Source of the DNA: Candidatus Methylomirabilia bacterium
Lineage (GTDB): Bacteria; Methylomirabilota; Methylomirabilia; Rokubacteriales; CSP1-6
Length of the DNA stretch: 22,838 nt
Assembly: GCA_041497895.1 (NCBI GenBank)
Contig: JBGQHJ010000078.1
Span: 1 to 22,838, forward strand
Direction of reading: 5' to 3'
The position numbers and the translations under genes are program-made. Shown here piece by piece: positions 8,045 to 15,621 of the stretch (the stretch's first letter is position 1; every line of letters begins with the position of its first letter). A model generated the notes under the pieces. The model saw nothing but the letters and a program-made list of their open reading frames with translations, had not been told where the DNA came from and made no database searches.

Positions 8045-8791
8045 ATGAGCAACCGGAGACCGACGTTCGGGGCGTTCAACCAGGGCGAGGTGCCCACCAT
8101 CGCCTGCTTCAACCAGGCTCAGACCCCGCTCGGGGTCGACCTCGACGCCCTCATCGCGGCCATGCAGGTCTTCGTCGACCGCTACGTGGCGCCGGTGTGG
8201 GCCACTCCCGCCAAGCTGGTCAAGTCCAAGGGGTACCTCAAGGGCGCGTGGGCGATGGTCTTCCTCGACAACGCCGACACGCCGGGCGCCCTCGCCTACC
8301 ACGACCTCACCCCGGACGGGCTGCCCCAGTCCAAGGTGTTCGTGAAGACGACCCTCGACAACCACGACCTGGTCAGCGTGTCCGCCTCGCACGAGCTGGT
8401 CGAGATGCTGGTCGATCCGGCGATCAACCTCATGACCACCGGGCCCGACCCGAAGGTCATCTACGCCTACGAGAGCGCGGACCCGGTCGAGGCGCTCAGC
8501 TTCCCGGTCAATCGTATCCCGATGACCGACTTCGTCTTCCCGGCGTACTTCGAGGCCTTCCACAAGCCCGGCTCCGCGCAGTTCGACCAGATGAAGAAGG
8601 TCAAGAAGCCGTTCCAGATCCTCTCCGGCGGGTATCAGATCATCTTCAAGAACGGCAAGTGGAGCCAGGTCTACGGGTCGGCGGCGAAGAAGAAGCGCTT
8701 CGCGCGCGAGGACCGGCGCGGGCACCGGAGCGAGCAGCGCCAGCGGCGGGATCGGATCCGGGCGAACCCGAAGGAGATCGCGCGGGCCTAG
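8045..8791 (+). CDS. Uncharacterised protein with candidate metal-binding motifs AYH...SHELVEMLVDP...YESADPVE, 248 aa
   Basis: RBS GAGGAGG and strong G/C third-position bias. HExxE at 8390-8404. No signal peptide; basic C-terminal tail. Function not assignable. Confidence 0.8.
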   Translation: MSNRRPTFGAFNQGEVPTIACFNQAQTPLGVDLDALIAAMQVFVDRYVAPVWATPAKLVKSKGYLKGAWAMVFLDNADTPGALAYHDLTPDGLPQSKVFVKTTLDNHDLVSVSASHELVEMLVDPAINLMTTGPDPKVIYAYESADPVEALSFPVNRIPMTDFVFPAYFEAFHKPGSAQFDQMKKVKKPFQILSGGYQIIFKNGKWSQVYGSAAKKKRFAREDRRGHRSEQRQRRDRIRANPKEIARA

Positions 8792-8797
8792 GCCGAC

Positions 8798-10243
8798 CTA
8801 CCGGCGCTCCAGGAACTCCACGATCCGAGCTCGGTGCAACTCCACGACCTTCTGCGCGGCCTGGATCATGAGCGCGCCGTTGCACTTCGATACCTGGAAG
8901 CGCGTGGGGATCTGGCTCACCGACGCCTTGATCGCCTTCGCGGTCACGTCGGAGTCGAACTCGCTGCGACACTCCTCGGGCAGGTCCTTGTACACGCCCC
9001 AGTCCGGCTCGGTGTGCTGCAGGACCTCGACGCGCAGGTTCGCGAAGTCCGGCAGCGCGACGCCCTCGGTCCGCAGCGCATCCCACAGCATCAGCTGGTA
9101 GGCGTTGGCCCGCTCCTCCATGATCCCCACGATGCGCGAGGGGTCCTTCTTGAAGACCTGGAAGCCGCGCTTGTTCTTCTCGAGGAACTCGGCGTTGGAA
9201 TCGAACGGGAACGCGGCGTCGATGACGATGATCAGTCCTCGCTTCGTCGAACCCCGGGGGATCTTCTTGAGGAAGAACGTGGTCAGCGACTCGGTCCCCA
9301 GGTTGTCGAAGAGCCCGCCGTCGCCGACGTGCTGGTACGGTGGCTGGCCCGCGACGGCGTAGGTGACGGGCCCGACCGCGGGCGGAAAGGAAGCGGAGGA
9401 GACGACGGCCAGTGACAGGGGAAGCGTCCGGTGGTCGGCGCCGATCTGCTCGAACGTCAGCGGCAGGAACTGCGTTCGCGCTCCCTCCAGGTTGCGCTGG
9501 ATGATCGCCTTCCCCTCCGGGGTCACCCGCTCCGATCGCCGCAGGAGGTCCTGGAGCAGCCCCCCCACGAAGTCGTAGTCGAAGTCGGCTGCGGGCAGGG
9601 TCGTCAGCGCGAACCGCCGCCCCGAGTTGTACGAGGTCCCGTTCAGGATGATCCGCGGACTGTCGCCCGCCCGCTCGCGCTCGTAGAGGTCGCTGAAGGT
9701 CATGTCGTGGAAGAAGCGCGCGTCCCAGACCTCGGCCAGGGAGAAGGCGGCCTTGGTCGGATTGAACGCGCGGAAGAATGCCACCTGGCGCCACGCCGCC
9801 GGCAGCTCGAAGTTCTCCTGCATCGCCGACTTGTAGTCCTTGAAGAACTGCTCGTAGGCGGGCGACAGCCCCTGAGGGCCGAGGACCGGCACGGACTTCG
9901 GAGGCTTGCGCGCGGCGAAGTAGCCGGTGGCGAGGCTGCCGCCGGATACGCTCGACATGTACTGCACCTTTTCCAGCACGCTGCGCTCACCGCCCGCGTC
10001 CTTCACCCTGATCCGGGCGAGCGCCTCCAGCACTCCGGCCGCGAAGGTGGCCGCGCGGCTGCCCCCACCCGAGATCGCGAGCCCCACGAGGAGATCGGGG
10101 CTGGTCTCCGGAACCGGCGCGAATGTCGGCTTCTGGGCGAGGGCGGGCAGCTCCTGCACCTTGGCGAAGCATCCGGTGAGCAGCAGCGCCAGCACCACGA
10201 CCCATCCCGCCCGACGCCCGACCTTCGCGACCGCCCTCATCAT
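8798..10243 (-). CDS. Patatin-like phospholipase, lipoprotein
   Basis: Lipobox LLTGC. Oxyanion motif GLAISGGGSRAA, nucleophile elbow SSVSGGS, SASFP, catalytic DGG (GDGGLFDNLG). RBS GGAAGGAG. Confidence 0.9.
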   Translation of the reverse strand: MMRAVAKVGRRAGWVVVLALLLTGCFAKVQELPALAQKPTFAPVPETSPDLLVGLAISGGGSRAATFAAGVLEALARIRVKDAGGERSVLEKVQYMSSVSGGSLATGYFAARKPPKSVPVLGPQGLSPAYEQFFKDYKSAMQENFELPAAWRQVAFFRAFNPTKAAFSLAEVWDARFFHDMTFSDLYERERAGDSPRIILNGTSYNSGRRFALTTLPAADFDYDFVGGLLQDLLRRSERVTPEGKAIIQRNLEGARTQFLPLTFEQIGADHRTLPLSLAVVSSASFPPAVGPVTYAVAGQPPYQHVGDGGLFDNLGTESLTTFFLKKIPRGSTKRGLIIVIDAAFPFDSNAEFLEKNKRGFQVFKKDPSRIVGIMEERANAYQLMLWDALRTEGVALPDFANLRVEVLQHTEPDWGVYKDLPEECRSEFDSDVTAKAIKASVSQIPTRFQVSKCNGALMIQAAQKVVELHRARIVEFLERR

Positions 10244-10347
10244 CTAGTGCTCCTTCCGATGTCGTAGAGAAATCCGAGTCGAACCGCCCGGCCGAGCGCG
10301 CCGCTCCGGGCCAGGCCGTCCCGTACGCGAAGTGGGTGCCGCCCCGT

Positions 10348-11730
10348 TTACGGCGATTGGGGCTCGCCGGGCCTCCCCGCCGGGCCGGGGCGCGGTGCCC
10401 CGGGCCCCCCCGCCGCGCTCATGGCCGCGCGCAGCGTGAGCAGCGATTTCTGGAGGTCGGAGAGCTTGCCCGGCCGCGCCGCTCCGGGTGCGTGGGCGGG
10501 CACGAGCGCCGCGAGGTTCGACGGCGTGTCGGTGAGCGGGCGCGGCGTGCTCACGAAATTCCCGTCGGCGAGGGTGTTCGCCCGGGCGTCCCTCCGGGTG
10601 AGGAAGTCGGGCAGGCCGAAGAGCGTCTTGACCGTCGCGAGGAGCGAGGTGTGGTCGTAGACCTGATGGTCCACCCGCCCCTTGCGGACCCACGGTGACA
10701 CGAGCAGCGCCGGCACCCGCACCCCCAACCGATCGAACTTGAACTTCGCGCCCGCCGCGGAGGCGTCGTCCGGCGGCACCGCCGCGGGCGGCGGCACGTG
10801 ATCGAAGAAGCCGCCGTGCTCGTCGTAGAGCACGACCAGGAGCGACTTGCGCCACACCGCCTCGTTGCCGCGGAGGGTGTCGTAGACCCAGGCGATCAGC
10901 CGCTCGCCGTCCAGCAGGTGGTGCGGCGGGTGCTGGTCGCTCGCCGGGGTCCCCGGAGCATCCATGTAGGTGGGCTCGAGGAACGAATAGTGCGGGAGCG
11001 TGCCGGCCCCGACTTCCGCCGCAAACGCCTCGAGGCGCCGGAAGTTGTCGCTCGCGTACCGGTGCAGCGTGCTGATGCCGAACGCCTGCGCGTGATCCCC
11101 GAAGTACACCGCCCAGGTGCGCCTCGCGGCCCCGAGGTTGTCGTAGATCGTCCGCATCCGGAACCGCGTCGCGAGAAAGCCCGAGAGCGCTTCCAGGTCC
11201 GTCGGGCTGTCGATGTACCCGCTGGACGTCGCGGCGTGCGCGAAGAACCGGTTCGGCCACGTGGGCCCGGGCGCCGACGAGAACCAGCGGTCGCAGACCA
11301 CGAAGCTCCTGGCGAGCGTGGAGATGACCGGCACCAGGGAGGGGTCGAGGCAGGCCAGCCCCGCCGCGGCCCGCTCGCTTCCGATCGGCTTGCCGTCGGA
11401 GCCCTCCTGCCGGGCGTAGTTGCCGACGAACCCGCCCATCGTGGGCGTGGCCTCATCGGGCACGCGCTCCTGCCCGAAGACCTGCATGGTGATGTCCTCG
11501 AACTGGTGCCCGGGCGTCGGATCCGTGACGTACAGCGCGGGCGCGGTCCCGCGCTCGAGGCGGACCACGCGCCCCGGCTCGCCGAGAACCGCCGGCATGG
11601 TCTCGGCCCCGGTCACCCCGTCGATGCGCTGGGACGCGTCGTCGAGGCGCAGGAACCCCAGCAACCGATCGAACGACTGATTCTCGAGCATCAACACCAC
11701 GACGTGCTGGATCTCGTCTTTCCAGGCCAT
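10348..11730 (-). CDS. Phosphoesterase family protein (non-specific phospholipase C / AcpA-PlcH superfamily)
   Basis: IQHVVVLMLENQSFD, CDRWFSSAPGPTWPNR, SDQHPPH, YDEHGGFFDHVPPP, LGVRVPALLVSPW, YDHTS. RBS GAGGAGG. No signal peptide. Confidence 0.93.
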   Translation of the reverse strand: MAWKDEIQHVVVLMLENQSFDRLLGFLRLDDASQRIDGVTGAETMPAVLGEPGRVVRLERGTAPALYVTDPTPGHQFEDITMQVFGQERVPDEATPTMGGFVGNYARQEGSDGKPIGSERAAAGLACLDPSLVPVISTLARSFVVCDRWFSSAPGPTWPNRFFAHAATSSGYIDSPTDLEALSGFLATRFRMRTIYDNLGAARRTWAVYFGDHAQAFGISTLHRYASDNFRRLEAFAAEVGAGTLPHYSFLEPTYMDAPGTPASDQHPPHHLLDGERLIAWVYDTLRGNEAVWRKSLLVVLYDEHGGFFDHVPPPAAVPPDDASAAGAKFKFDRLGVRVPALLVSPWVRKGRVDHQVYDHTSLLATVKTLFGLPDFLTRRDARANTLADGNFVSTPRPLTDTPSNLAALVPAHAPGAARPGKLSDLQKSLLTLRAAMSAAGGPGAPRPGPAGRPGEPQSP

Positions 11731-11762
11731 GTCCAGTCCACCTCCTCGCTCGATCTCGATCG

Positions 11763-11868
11763 AGTGTGGCGTCGTGCCCCCGGACGAGTCAACCCCAATC
11801 CGTACTCAATAGGCACAGCGAGTTCCTTGACTGCACCCCGGGTCCACTCCTACCATCCGTTTGATGGT
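11763..11868. promoter_or_regulatory. Back-to-back divergent promoters with an inverted repeat over the rightward -10
   Basis: Plus strand: TTGACT 11827-11832 - 18 nt - TACCAT 11851-11856. Minus strand: TTGACT 11792-11787 - 18 nt - CACACT 11768-11763. Inverted repeat ACCATC-N5-GATGGT at 11852-11868. Confidence 0.5.
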
Positions 11869-11937
11869 CCATCGCACGCGCGCTCGCTCCTTCCCGCGTA
11901 CTGCATTGCCCGTATCGCCTCGACAAGGAGGACCCGA

Positions 11938-13026
11938 ATGAGCCGATCTCCGATCCTGGTCTCGTGGACGGTGGTCCTGATGCTGGCCGGTGCGGGCTGC
12001 GGCACGATCCCGACCCGGCAGCTCATCGCGGACGTGGTGCCGATCCGGGAGAGCCTCCTGACCGCCTGTCCGGCGCCTCCCAGCGACGTGGTCGAGGATC
12101 GCATCGACGCGGTCAAGGCCCGCCTGCACCAGCACGCGGTGGTCGACTTCGTCGTCGACGCCATCCGCATCGGCATGACGCCGCAGCAGAGCCGGGCCGA
12201 GCAGATCCGCAAGCTGCACGACCTCAACGCCAACACCCTGAAGAACTTCGGGGAGCGGATCCACGAGCGGTTCTTCAAGCACGACCTGGACCGCGAGGGC
12301 GTGAAGGCGGACCTCGCGGCCACCAAGGCCCGCGTCGAGGAGTTCAACCAGGTGCTCGTCGCGTACGTGTCGGCCTACGTGGACGGCAAGTACGTCGATC
12401 GCTTCGGCAACACCCTCCCGACCCCCGCGATCTCGCGAACGGTCGGGAACACCGAGATCGCGGGAGTCCTGTCCGTGATCATCGACGCGGTGGCGGACTA
12501 CGTGGTGCGGGGCCCGATCTGGACGGACCCGACGGGGAAGATCTATTATCCGGCCGCCTTCAACGCGGCCGCCCCGGATCTGACCAAGGATCCCAAGGCG
12601 ACCCCTCTGAGGCCGACGGTAGTCGACGTGAAGATCAAGAGCAAGGGCCAGGGTGACGACGAGGGGACCCCGCTGATCAAGCCCCTGCCGCTCGTGGCCA
12701 GCGGCTGCGGCATCGACGAGCCCAAGGCCCAGGCGATCGAATACCTGGGGCAGACCGCGGGCCTCAAGGCGGCGATGGTCGGCGGGATCACGGGGGGAAG
12801 CTTCGGCGGATTCGGTGCCTCGCTCGGCGCGTTCGGGAAGATCTCGGTGGGCGACAACCAGACCGTGCAGGTCGTCATCAAGACGGTCCTGGGCAAGGTG
12901 GCGGAGCGGGTCGCGGCGGACGCGGCCTACCGAGTGTTCTACCGCGTGCCCGACAAGGCGAAGCTGGCGGAGCTGGTCAAGCGCTACCTCGACGAGGTGC
13001 ACCCGGACGCCGACGGCGCCAAGTAG
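11938..13026 (+). CDS. Uncharacterised lipoprotein with a Gly-rich segment, 362 aa
   Basis: RBS AAGGAGG before ATG 11938. Signal peptide ending LAGAGC. Strong codon bias. Segment GGITGGSFGGFGASLGAFGKISVGD. The N-terminal 380 aa of the 742-aa ORF is antisense shadow and intergenic sequence. Confidence 0.8.
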   Translation: MSRSPILVSWTVVLMLAGAGCGTIPTRQLIADVVPIRESLLTACPAPPSDVVEDRIDAVKARLHQHAVVDFVVDAIRIGMTPQQSRAEQIRKLHDLNANTLKNFGERIHERFFKHDLDREGVKADLAATKARVEEFNQVLVAYVSAYVDGKYVDRFGNTLPTPAISRTVGNTEIAGVLSVIIDAVADYVVRGPIWTDPTGKIYYPAAFNAAAPDLTKDPKATPLRPTVVDVKIKSKGQGDDEGTPLIKPLPLVASGCGIDEPKAQAIEYLGQTAGLKAAMVGGITGGSFGGFGASLGAFGKISVGDNQTVQVVIKTVLGKVAERVAADAAYRVFYRVPDKAKLAELVKRYLDEVHPDADGAK

Positions 13027-13044
13027 GTCGGAGCCCGCCGCCTC

Positions 13045-13782
13045 GTGGTGCACACGGTGGGGTTCGGTCGGGTGCTCGTCGCCCTCGCGATCGTGCTCCT
13101 CCTCGATCGCGAGGCGGCGTGGGGGCAGACGCCATCCCCCGCGGCCCCCGCGGTGAAGGTGGAGACGCGGGCGATACCCGACCGCGACGTCAAACAGGTC
13201 ACCGCGCAGGCGATCATCACCGCGCCGCCGCACGTGGTGCGGGCGGTGATCGCGGACCTCGAGCGGTACCCGGCCTTCATGCCGTACGTGAAGGACAGCC
13301 GCGTGCTGAGCCGGGAGCCGATCGGGGACGTCCTGAACTATCAGCGTCTCTCGTTCGGGATCCCGTTCGTCCAGGACCGTCACTACGTCATTCGCATCGC
13401 CGAGCGTCGATCCCGCGACCCGGACGGCCGGAGCGCCTTCGCATTCATCTGGCGCCTCGAGGCCGGCCTGCCGCCCGGCGTCAGCCCCGACGCCGCCGTC
13501 CGGGTCTCGGTCAACAACGGCTACTGGGACCTGCGACCGGTGAAGGACACCGACGGCTCGACCGACGTCCGCTACTGCGTCTTCACCGATCCGGCCGGCT
13601 CGCTGCCGAAATGGGTGGTGGGCATGGCGAACACCGAGGCGGTTCCCGACCTCTTCGCGGCGGTGGCGGGCCAGGCGGCCAGCCCGCGGTACGCCACGCT
13701 GCCGTCGCCCCCGGCGGGCGAGACGGTCGCCGAGCGCCCGGCCCTCGGCGACTGCACGGACACGGGCCAGCCCATCCGCTGA
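13045..13782 (+). CDS. Exported START/SRPBCC (Bet v1-like) lipid-binding domain protein
   Basis: Signal peptide ending AWG-Q. AIITAPPHVVRAVIADLERYPAFMPYVKDSRVL, PFVQDRHYV, GYWDL and TDPAGSLPKWVV match START-domain patterns. GTG start is uncertain (13045 or 13048). Confidence 0.82.
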   Translation: MVHTVGFGRVLVALAIVLLLDREAAWGQTPSPAAPAVKVETRAIPDRDVKQVTAQAIITAPPHVVRAVIADLERYPAFMPYVKDSRVLSREPIGDVLNYQRLSFGIPFVQDRHYVIRIAERRSRDPDGRSAFAFIWRLEAGLPPGVSPDAAVRVSVNNGYWDLRPVKDTDGSTDVRYCVFTDPAGSLPKWVVGMANTEAVPDLFAAVAGQAASPRYATLPSPPAGETVAERPALGDCTDTGQPIR

Positions 13783-13797
13783 ACGGACGGCGCCGGG

Positions 13798-13815
13798 CTA
13801 GGCCGGACGGCCTAG
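13798..13815. terminator. Perfect short palindrome downstream of the START gene
   Basis: CTAGGCCG-GA-CGGCCTAG. No U-tract on the plus strand. Confidence 0.35.
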
Positions 13816-13883
13816 AAGAATGATCCCGATGGAGGATGCCTGCCGCCGCCCCCCTCGGTCATCATGGAACCACGGAGGGGGCG

Positions 13884-14225
13884 ATGACCAAGACGCGCGA
13901 TCTGATGGCCGAGCTCGAGCTGACGATGGTGCCTTCGCTGATTCGACCCTCCGAGGGCCCTCGGACCGGGTATCCCGATGACGCCGGCGATGGGGCCTGC
14001 CGACGTCACTTCTGGTGCTCGATCAAGGGGCGCGAGGTCGAGGTCGAGTTCCAGACCGTGCCGCGCCGGCTGCTGGGGACGCGGATCGTCGGCGTGAAGA
14101 GCTGCACGGCGTTCGAAGCTCCCGCCGCCGTCGCCTGTGACCGGGCCTGCGTCGACGCGCGATTCCGTAGCCAGTGGCCGGACTCGCTACGCGTCGGGAC
14201 CCGGCCCGCGACCTCCGTGCCGTAG
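13884..14225 (+). CDS. Small Cys-rich hypothetical protein, 113 aa
   Basis: RBS GGAGGGG before ATG 13884. CRRHFWC...REVEVEF...VKSCTAF...VACDRAC. Confidence 0.7.
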   Translation: MTKTRDLMAELELTMVPSLIRPSEGPRTGYPDDAGDGACRRHFWCSIKGREVEVEFQTVPRRLLGTRIVGVKSCTAFEAPAAVACDRACVDARFRSQWPDSLRVGTRPATSVP

Positions 14226-14238
14226 GCTGACGGCGCCG

Positions 14239-15426
14239 CTAGTCCTTCGGTAGCCCGAGGACCCGCTCGGCGAGGATGTTGCGCATGACCTCCGACGTCC
14301 CGCCCTGGATCGTGTTGCCCCGGGAGCGGAGGGCACGGTACTGCCAGCGCCCGTCGTCCACCGCCCACTCGCTGCCCTCCCCGAGCGTGGCGTAGGCGCC
14401 CTGCAGCTCGAGCCCGAGCTCGGCGACCTTCTGCCACGTCTCGCTGAAGAAGAGCTTCGAGGCCGAGCCCGCCGGTCCCGCCGGCTCGCCCTTCACGAGC
14501 TGGGTGAGCACTCTCAGGTGGGCGCACCGGAGCGTCTCGGTATCGATGTAGAGCTGGGCCAGTCGCTGCCGGACGAGGGGATCGCGCGAGGGGGGCGGGC
14601 CCGCGCGGGTGGGCCGCCGGGCGAGCTCGAGCAGCTCCGCCAGGCCCTGGCGCAGGATGAGCTGGCGGGTGAGCGTCCGCGGCCCGCGCTCGAACATGAG
14701 CGTCGTGATCGCCACCTCCCACCCCCCGTGCTCGCGGCCCAGCACATTGCCCTCCGGCACCTCGACGCCGTCCAGGAAGATCTCGCTGAACTCGCTGTCG
14801 CCGCTCATCTGGCGGAGCGGCCGCACCGTGAAGCCGGGGCTCGCCATGTCCACCAGGAAATAGGTCAGGCCCCGGTGGCGGGGCGCGGCCGGATCGGTGC
14901 GCGCCAGCACCGTGCACCAGTTCGCGTAGTGCGCGAACGAGGTCCACACCTTCTGCCCGGTGATCACGTACGCGCTCCCCCGCCGCTCGGCGCGCGTTCC
15001 GAGCGCGGCCAGATCACTCCCTGCCCCGGGCTCGGAGAATCCCTGACAGAAGATGTGCTCGGCGGAAAGGATGCGGGGCAGGTGGAGCCGCTTCTGCTCC
15101 TCCGTGCCGTGCACCATGAGCGCGGGCCCCGCCATGTCGAGACCGATCGCGTTGGCGAGCTCGGGCGCGCGCGCCCGGGCCATCTCCTCGTAGAAGATGA
15201 CCTGCTCCATCACGCTGCCCCCGCGGCCGCCGTAGGCGACCGGCCAGTGCAGCCCCACGTAGCCGGCCGCGTGAAGCCGTCGCTGCCAGTCGATCAGGGC
15301 CCGCGCCCGCGCCTCGCGGTCGAGCGCCTGACGGGTCCGCTCCCAGTCCGGCGGGCAATGCCGCTCGAGCCAGGCGCGCAGCGCGTCCCGGAAGGCGACC
15401 TCGGCGGCGGACAGCTTGAAGTCCAC
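14239..15426 (-). CDS. Acyl-CoA dehydrogenase family protein
   Basis: WPVAYGGRG, FCQGFSEPGAGSDLA, ITGQKVWTS, FSEIFLD, LMFER, TIQGGTSEVMRNILAERVLGLPK. GTG start. Confidence 0.96.
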   Translation of the reverse strand: MDFKLSAAEVAFRDALRAWLERHCPPDWERTRQALDREARARALIDWQRRLHAAGYVGLHWPVAYGGRGGSVMEQVIFYEEMARARAPELANAIGLDMAGPALMVHGTEEQKRLHLPRILSAEHIFCQGFSEPGAGSDLAALGTRAERRGSAYVITGQKVWTSFAHYANWCTVLARTDPAAPRHRGLTYFLVDMASPGFTVRPLRQMSGDSEFSEIFLDGVEVPEGNVLGREHGGWEVAITTLMFERGPRTLTRQLILRQGLAELLELARRPTRAGPPPSRDPLVRQRLAQLYIDTETLRCAHLRVLTQLVKGEPAGPAGSASKLFFSETWQKVAELGLELQGAYATLGEGSEWAVDDGRWQYRALRSRGNTIQGGTSEVMRNILAERVLGLPKD

Positions 15427-15432
15427 GCGGGC

Positions 15433-15462
15433 AGCCTAGCGGGAAGCGGGCGGGGTGGGCAA
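15433..15462 (-). promoter_or_regulatory. Promoter placing the transcription start at the acyl-CoA dehydrogenase start codon (leaderless)
   Basis: TTGCCC (15462-15457) - 18 nt - TAGGCT (15438-15433) - 6 nt - GTG (15426). No Shine-Dalgarno sequence. Confidence 0.55.
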
Positions 15463-15546
15463 TCCCTCAGATGGGGGGGTCCTCTGATGCGAATTGGGCA
15501 TCACCGGTCCGACCCCTACCGCCTCCCCGACATCATCTGCGTCACA

Positions 15547-15585
15547 TTGACGCGCGCGGCCTGTCATGATATAAGATATATATCT
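15547..15585 (+). promoter_or_regulatory. hsp20 promoter with overlapping palindromic operator candidate
   Basis: TTGACG 15547-15552 - 17 nt - TATAAG 15570-15575 with extended TG. Perfect palindrome AGATATATATCT at 15574-15585. Confidence 0.65.
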
Positions 15586-15621
15586 AAAATAAGAAATACC
15601 GAGAGAAGAGGAGACCTGCAT

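Noticed and set aside
10244..11260. 338-aa minus-strand ORF ending next to the patatin start
   Set aside because: Alternative frame inside the phosphoesterase gene with Arg/Gly/Pro-rich shadow composition.
10798..11937. N-terminal extension giving a 742-aa ORF
   Set aside because: Antisense to the phosphoesterase gene. The RBS, signal peptide and promoter all point to ATG 11938.
8788..13815. CTAGGCCG at both 8788 and 13798 as possible att sites or target duplication flanking the lipid locus
   Set aside because: Only 8 nt and GC-rich, one copy includes a TAG stop codon, and no integrase or transposase is present. Chance cannot be excluded.
14518..15621. 513-aa ORF apparently fusing a long N-terminus to Hsp20
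   Set aside because: The extension is antisense to the acyl-CoA dehydrogenase and crosses the hsp20 promoter. The true start is 15622.
15590..15621. ROSE-type RNA thermometer in the hsp20 leader
   Set aside because: The predicted leader is short and purine-rich, with no anti-SD U(U/C)GCU hairpin.
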